Of a stretch of 64,000 nt of DNA, positions 57,715 to 64,000 are shown piece by piece. The stretch spans positions 147,436,001-147,500,000 of the forward strand of contig OX597816.1 in assembly GCA_951406725.2 (NCBI GenBank), read 5' to 3'. Position 1 is the stretch's first letter, and each line of letters starts with the position of its first letter. This stretch comes from Octopus vulgaris (lineage: Eukaryota). Under the pieces are notes generated by a model. That model was given only the letters and a program-made list of their open reading frames with translations. It was not told the origin of the DNA and searched no databases. Made by a program: the position numbers and the translations under genes.

Positions 57715-57929
57715 CACCACTGTATAAATATTCTGAAGTCTTTCGCAGCCTTGGATTTTTATCACATCCTGTTAATTTTTTATATATGTGAATGCTGATA
57801 TATGACCTACGTTGGACACCTTATTCACATGATCACCGCACCCGGAACTTCATTGTAGTCTATCCATAGCAATTACTCAGGATTACCTGGCACCTTTCGG
57901 TCTTTTTGAATCCATTACCTCTCATAACC

Positions 57930-57932
<3 letters not shown>

Positions 57933-57970
<38 letters not shown>

Positions 57971-58017
57971 CAGTAAATGGTGGGGTTGTGTTGACCCTTG
58001 CCTACAATTTTCCCTTG

Positions 58018-58052
<35 letters not shown>

Positions 58053-58099
58053 CAAGGGAAAATTGTAGGCAAGGGTCAACACAACCCCACCATTTACTG

Positions 58100-58140
<41 letters not shown>
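57933..58140. repeat. Perfect inverted repeat (~52 bp arms) separated and flanked by (TA)n
   Basis: aaatcagtaaatgg...tttcccttgc (57967-58018) is the exact reverse complement of 58052-58103. Confidence 0.95.
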
Positions 58141-58142
<2 letters not shown>

Positions 58143-58144
<2 letters not shown>

Positions 58145-58343
58145 AGAAATGAGTTGCGACGTCACTCGTGCCAAGCTGTATCGACCTTTGTCTTTCCCTT
58201 GGATAACACTGGTGGTGTGGAGAGGGGAGGCTGGTATGCATGGGCGACTGCTGGTCTTCCATAAACAACCTTGCCCGGACTTGTGTCTAGGAGGGTAACT
58301 TTCTAGGTGCAATCCCATGGTCATTCATGACCGAAGGGGGTCT
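58143..58343 (+). mobile_element. Family A SINE 3' half (tail type 1)
   Basis: gtagaaatgagttgcgacgtca...ccttgcccggacttgtg...gaccgaagggggtc is the reverse complement of 3420-3593. Confidence 0.85.
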
Positions 58344-58348
58344 TTATA

Positions 58349-58387
<39 letters not shown>

Positions 58388-58519
58388 ACATATATATATA
58401 AATATATATATATACACACATATATATACACACATATATATATATATATATATATACCTGATATATCATATATATGTACGTATGTGTGTGAGTATATATG
58501 TAATATATATATATATATA

Positions 58520-58930
58520 TATATAAAACTGAGAATGTCTGTCTGTCTGTGTGAAGCCATAAACCTGAGAACTACACAACCAATTTCATTCACATTTTAC
58601 ACATGCCTTACTTAGGATCCAGGGAGTGTCATGGGCAAACAAACTTTAACTTTTTGCTTAGGGCGAGCCCACAGCAATATCATATCTTCTCCATTATGAA
58701 TCCCTAAAACTTTTGAACTACACAACCAATTTCATTCAAATTTTACACATGGCTTATTTAGGGTCCATGTAGTGTCATGGCAAAACGACTTCTAAATTCT
58801 TGCCTAGGGTGAGCCCACAGCAATATCATATCTTCTCCACTATTTCAGTATTACGTGTTAAAAGTGAAGCAAAAACATCTCACTAAAGTAATGTCAGAAA
58901 CTTTCACTTTAATACTGAAACTATTAAAGT
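58520..58930 (+). mobile_element. Helitron-like non-autonomous element with internal tandem duplication
   Basis: tatataaaactgagaatgtctgtctgtctg...aactacacaaccaatttcattca..ttttacacatg; ~140 bp unit repeated at ~58555-58693 and ~58700-58840. Confidence 0.55.
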
Positions 58931-59214
58931 TAAACTATTATATAAGAGGGATGAACCATTAACAGTGGACATCCATTTTGTTAAAGGAAGATCCGCTATG
59001 GTCTTATATGCTACACCACTGATTTTCAATTCATATTAATCAAATTGATATTCAATTTCTCACCCTTATTATTTAAATTTAAACCCAGGACCATGTGTTT
59101 TGGAAAGAAATTTGTTACCACACAGCCACACCTGCACCTATGTATGTGTGTGTGTATGTACACATTTCTTTCTATACATATATATGTATATGTATACATG
59201 CATGTGTGTAGATG

Positions 59215-59288
<74 letters not shown>

Positions 59289-59370
59289 TGTAATATGCTC
59301 ACATATATATTCACATATATACACGCATACATACATATATACACCCATACACACACACACACACATACAT

Positions 59371-59683
59371 AGGGGCAGGTGTGGCTGTGTGGTAACAAAC
59401 TGCGTTCCAAAACACATGGTCCTCAGTTCAGTCCCACTATGTGGTGACTTTGCATGTGTGTTTTGCTATAGCTTCAGACCAACCAAAGCCTTGTCAGTGG
59501 ATTTTGTAGGCAGAAACTGAAAGAAATCAATCGTATATATATGTATGTCTATATGCAAGTCTGTGTGTGTGTGTCGTTGTGTTTCTCCCTCATCACTGCC
59601 TCACAACTGGTGTTCGTTTATTTACATCCCCATAACTCACTGGTTTCACAAGAAGAAACTGATAGAATAAGTACCAGGCTTAT
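59371..59683 (+). mobile_element. Family B SINE; 3' part duplicated at ~59900-60070
   Basis: aggggcaggtgtggctgtgtggtaa...gttcagtccc...gaaactgaaagaa...gatagaataagtaccaggctt. Confidence 0.8.
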
Positions 59684-59759
59684 CAAAATAAAAAAAAAAC
59701 ACTAGGCAGTATCTCATATTTTTGCTTGTCCACAAAATTTATCTTTGTGTGTGTACATA

Positions 59760-59760
59760 C

Positions 59761-59857
<97 letters not shown>
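59760..59857. repeat. (GATA)n microsatellite
   Basis: Directly visible. Confidence 0.97.
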
Positions 59858-59858
<1 letters not shown>

Positions 59859-60158
59859 GATTCAATTGTATATATATATATCTATGTATATATTTAAGTG
59901 TATGTGTGTGACTTTGTTTCTGTGTTTCACGCTCATCACTGCTTCACAACTGCTGTTCGTTTATTTACATCCCCATAACTTACTGGTTTCACAAGAAGAA
60001 ACTAATAGAGTAAGCACCAGGCTTATCAACATAAAAAAGCACTACGCTGTGTATCATATTTTTGTTTGCCCACTCAGTTGTATCTATCAATTTATATTCG
60101 TGTATATATATATTTATTTAAAATACACACACACACACACACACACACGAACATACAT

Positions 60159-60190
<32 letters not shown>

Positions 60191-60191
<1 letters not shown>

Positions 60192-62256
60192 AACTTAGAT
60201 AAACTTAGATATGTTTCGACCAAAGATTGGTCCAGGCCATGTCTAACTTAATAGCACCACCTGATAGGATTATTCGAATCCTGTTTAAGTCAAGTTTTGT
60301 TTAAGTCAAGTTTTGTTCAAGTAGTGAGTTCTTGTTGGGTGAGTTGTATCCAGTTTTGTTCAAGTAGTGAGTTCTTGTTGGGTGAGTTGTATCCAATTAT
60401 GGGTGGCTTATCTGGTATTCTTTGAAGGAATCTATCCAGACTCTGTTTAAAGTTGATGGGATCCTTTTCCTTTTTGATCTCCCTCGGGACAATGTTAAAT
60501 AGGGCAGGGTCTGTTGAGGAAAAGAAATTATGTTGCAGTGTACATGTATGTTGTGATCTTGAATTTGGCAGGGGACGTATAGCCCGTGGTCCAAGTCTTG
60601 GATGAACCTTGAAGTTAATGTTTAGGTCGTTTGGGCAAAGTTGACGGTATATTTTCCACATCGTACAAATGATGTACCGCTCACGGCGACGCTGGAGGGA
60701 GTAAAGTTTCAAGGCTTCAAGGCGATCCCAATAATCGAGAGCAGCCATGCCTTCAATTTGTTTAGTGAGAGCCCTCTGGGGTGACTCAATTCTGGAGATG
60801 TTTTGTCTTGTGTGAGGAGACCACAGTGGGCAGCAGTATTCAAGGTGTGGCCGTACAAAGGAGGAAAAAAGTGGTATGATGACACCTTGTTCTCTGGACC
60901 GGAAAGTTCTTAAGATCCAGGAACTCATCCTACGAGCTATATCGACCTTCTTGTTGATGTGTGCACTCCAACTGAGATCGTCATCAACAATTACACCCAG
61001 GTCTCTGATATTGTTAGAGGCTGTGAGCGGTTCCCCTGAAGGAAGAGAGTATGGTTGTTTTAGTGAGGAATTTCTTCCAAAATGCATCAGCTCAAATTTT
61101 CCCTCATTCAGTTGCATTTTGTTTCTGTCTGCCCATTGACTCACAGCATATAGATCAGACTGGAGTTGAGTTCGGTCTGCTTCTTCAGTGATGATTTGCT
61201 GGAGCTTAGTGTCATCAGCGAATATTTTCACTTTGCAGTAATGTACGACACTGGAAAGGTCGTTTACGTAAATTATGAAGAGTAGCGGACCCAAAACAGT
61301 TCCCTGGGGAACACCGCTGGTGACTTTTGCTGGGTTTGAGTGGACTCCATCAACTACAACATGATGTGTTCTATTCGCCAGGAAATACTTAATTCAGTGT
61401 AGAACTTTTCCACGGATTCCAACATTTGCCAATTTTGAGAGTAGGATGTTATGGTCTACTCTGTCGAACGCTTTACTGAAGTCAAGATATATGACGTCAG
61501 AGTTCGAACCTGTTCCCAAGGCTTTGAGTACATCTTCAATGTGGTGTAAGAGCTGTGTTAGACAGTCCCTGCCACAACGAAAGCCATGCTGATTTGAATT
61601 TAGGAGTTTGTGGGTCTCCAGGAAGTCAGCTATCCTTGATCTTAACACTCTTTCAAACACTTTAATGATGTGGGAGGTGAGTGAGATTGGGCGATAGTTG
61701 ACTGCGAGGGATCTGTTTCCCTGTTTGAAAACCGGGATGACCGACTGGGATAGAAACTGTTTCGGTATATAACCTGCGTCTAACGAATTTCTCCACAGGT
61801 TGGTCAGAGGGACTGCAAGTTGATATCTACATTCCTTCAGGAGACTAGCGGGAAATCTATCAGGGCCTACAGCAGAGTAATGTTTGACCTCATTTATTGC
61901 TGCTACGATGTCGGTGGCAGTGAAGGTTATGTCTGAGATTTTGTGTTGGGAGTCAACTTCGTTCGTTTCCCTCACGTCAATATTAGTGGGAACACTGAAG
62001 ACAGAGCAGTATTGTTTCTGCAGTATTTCTGCCATTTCTTTAGCATCGTGTTGGGGAATGCCGTTATCATCAATCAATGGCCCAATGGGTGAGACAGTGG
62101 TTCTATGCTTATTTGCATAAGAATAGAACACTTTTGGGTTCTGTTTGATGTTTTTGATTACCCATTGTTCCTCCACAGCTCTTTGATTTTCAATGGAGGT
62201 TTTCATGTTAGTCTGCAGATGAAGTTTTTCCAGCTCTAGTCTTTTCATTGTTGTTG
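60191..62256 (-). mobile_element. 5'-truncated CR1-group (Zenon-like) LINE, second family; RT pseudogene
   Basis: NYRPISLTS, QHGFR, YLDFSKAFDRVDH, GVPQG, FADD, WILRTF, LQRRRERY; one in-frame TGA at 61394-61396; 3' stem-loop and (atctaagttt)2 tail next to (TA)n. Confidence 0.92.
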
Positions 62257-62304
62257 AATATATACATGTATGTATATATACATGTATGTATATGTGTACA
62301 TTCA

Positions 62305-63985
62305 TATTTATTATATCAAAGACAATGTCTGTATGTGTTCGTGTATTACTTATACATTCTAAAACTGCTGCACCGAGCATAATGAAATTTGGAACACAAA
62401 ATCGAAGCCCAGGTAGAAGGGTAATACTATGTGATTCATACAACTTCATGGACCAAAATTTCCGAATGGATCCTTATGATATTTGAAACTTAGATTCAAT
62501 GCATAAGGGCCGGTATAATGCAAATTGTTTGGTTTGAATTTCAGATGGCTTAAAGGGGGCAGAATCCCCTATGAAAATTCATAAATTTTTGATGTTGATG
62601 AAATTTCAACCATGGGTAATTGACACACACCAAGAAGTATTCTCAAAGTTTCCACTTCAATTGAGGATTCTAAGACACCCTAATGGGGACCTTAACTCCC
62701 AAATGTTAGTCATTTCTTTTATAATCCAAAACTAAGTCAAAAGTACTGAATGGATCTTTGTGAAATTTGGAAAGTATATTCTATGCATAATGGCCACAAC
62801 CTCCCTGACAATTCGTATATTTTTGCTGTTTAGGAAATTTCAACCATATTAGATACAAATGAAGTAATATTTATAAAATTTCATCTTCTTACAAGTTAAA
62901 AAGACCCCTTCATGGGGACGTAACACCCACAATTTTGTCATTTTATCTAAGCAAAGACGAATAGTTGTACTTTTGGAAGCTGTGGGGTCATCCGAGCATA
63001 GAAGAGGAGCATTATTTGTAATTCAATAGTACAACAGTGTAAGAGTTTGCTTTGACATACACTTACATTGCAGCAATGTGCTGCATAAATTGTCAAGTAA
63101 ATGAGAGGCATCTTTGCCTCCACTGATTCAGTTGCAAAGTGTTGAGTATAGTTATTTAATTGCAGATCTCCTTTCAGTCTTTTTCTTATGATTTGGTCAC
63201 ACATAGTCCCCACATGGTAACATTGATTTAAGGCTTTCCCAGATGAGTGACTGGTTATTCAAAGACATTAAAAGAATGTATATATATTCTGTCCAGTTAC
63301 GTATCAGTATAGTGGTCATTTGGAAATTCCAACTTTCATTTCTCCTTAGACGTCACGTCACATTTCTCCTTAGACGTCACGTCACACAGTTGTTAATGTT
63401 TATATCAGTTGGGTCACGCCCTTCCAATTGCTATAGATTCGTAATGCATCTTCCGGCTATGCCTGTCACCTGGATGATGACGAATACTACATTGGGAGTG
63501 GTAACGACTAGGGTAGGGTAACTGACAGCTTATTGGGATCATTCGTCTTTTGGTTTCCTGTAGTTTTGCTCTCTTTTACAAACGCAGTGAACATATATTT
63601 CCTATTTCAAAGAAATTCACACAACAGATATAAGACCCAAGTTAAAAAGATCCTCAACAATTTAAATTCTCTGGTTGACATTAAGACGCCCACCCCCAAT
63701 AGGGGCGTTAACTCTCACATTTTAGAGCTCCATGACGTCCATTTTTCAGGTTCTTTTAACAGGTTCTATAAGACTGGAATTTTGGAATATGCGCATAAAA
63801 TCAGCAGTATGGGATAGATGTGGCACGATTACAATTTTTTGGGGGTGTGTAAAGAAGGAATAACCCACATCTGCAATTTTGATGAAATTCTAAACATAGG
63901 TATTCCAGTTCATTACAGAAAATATAACAGAAAAGTCTAATTCTTCAACTGTATGTAACTCGGGCAACGCCCAGTAACTCGGCTC
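62305..63985 (+). mobile_element. Helitron-like non-autonomous element
   Basis: 5' tatatcaaagacaatgtctgtatgtg...aaaactgctgcaccga...gaaatttgg (module repeated at ~62740); 3' GC hairpin cgggcaacgccc near 63960. Confidence 0.55.
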
Positions 63986-64000
63986 GGTTTGGCTCGGCTC

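Noticed and set aside
61394-62449. 351-aa ORF as a gene with a novel N-terminus
   Set aside because: Chance read-through from the adjacent Helitron-like element and microsatellite into a 5'-truncated LINE RT.

Overview
AT-rich eukaryotic genomic DNA made up almost entirely of repeats. The SINE, LINE and microsatellite content points to a cephalopod, probably Octopus (inferred from repeat families, not tested). No host gene can be called with confidence, and most ORFs in the track are translations of (TA)n/(CA)n/(CT)n tracts. The main feature is a near-intact ~7 kb CR1-group (Zenon-like) LINE at 34641-41710, inserted in an AT minisatellite. After correcting five single-base indels and collapsing a 1.4 kb tandem duplication, it reads as one ORF: trihelix Myb/SANT-like domain, CCCH zinc finger, APE endonuclease, reverse transcriptase. 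Its 1.7 kb 5'UTR has the signals of a retained spliceosomal intron. Its 3' stem-loop module is shared with a second LINE (60191-62256, minus) and with a tRNA-derived SINE family. The rest comprises Penelope-like remnants (GIY-YIG) with several minimal hammerhead-ribozyme motifs, three SINE families, mariner/maT remnants, a decayed L1/Tx1-like LINE, Helitron-like elements, and local inverted duplications centred on (TA)n tracts.
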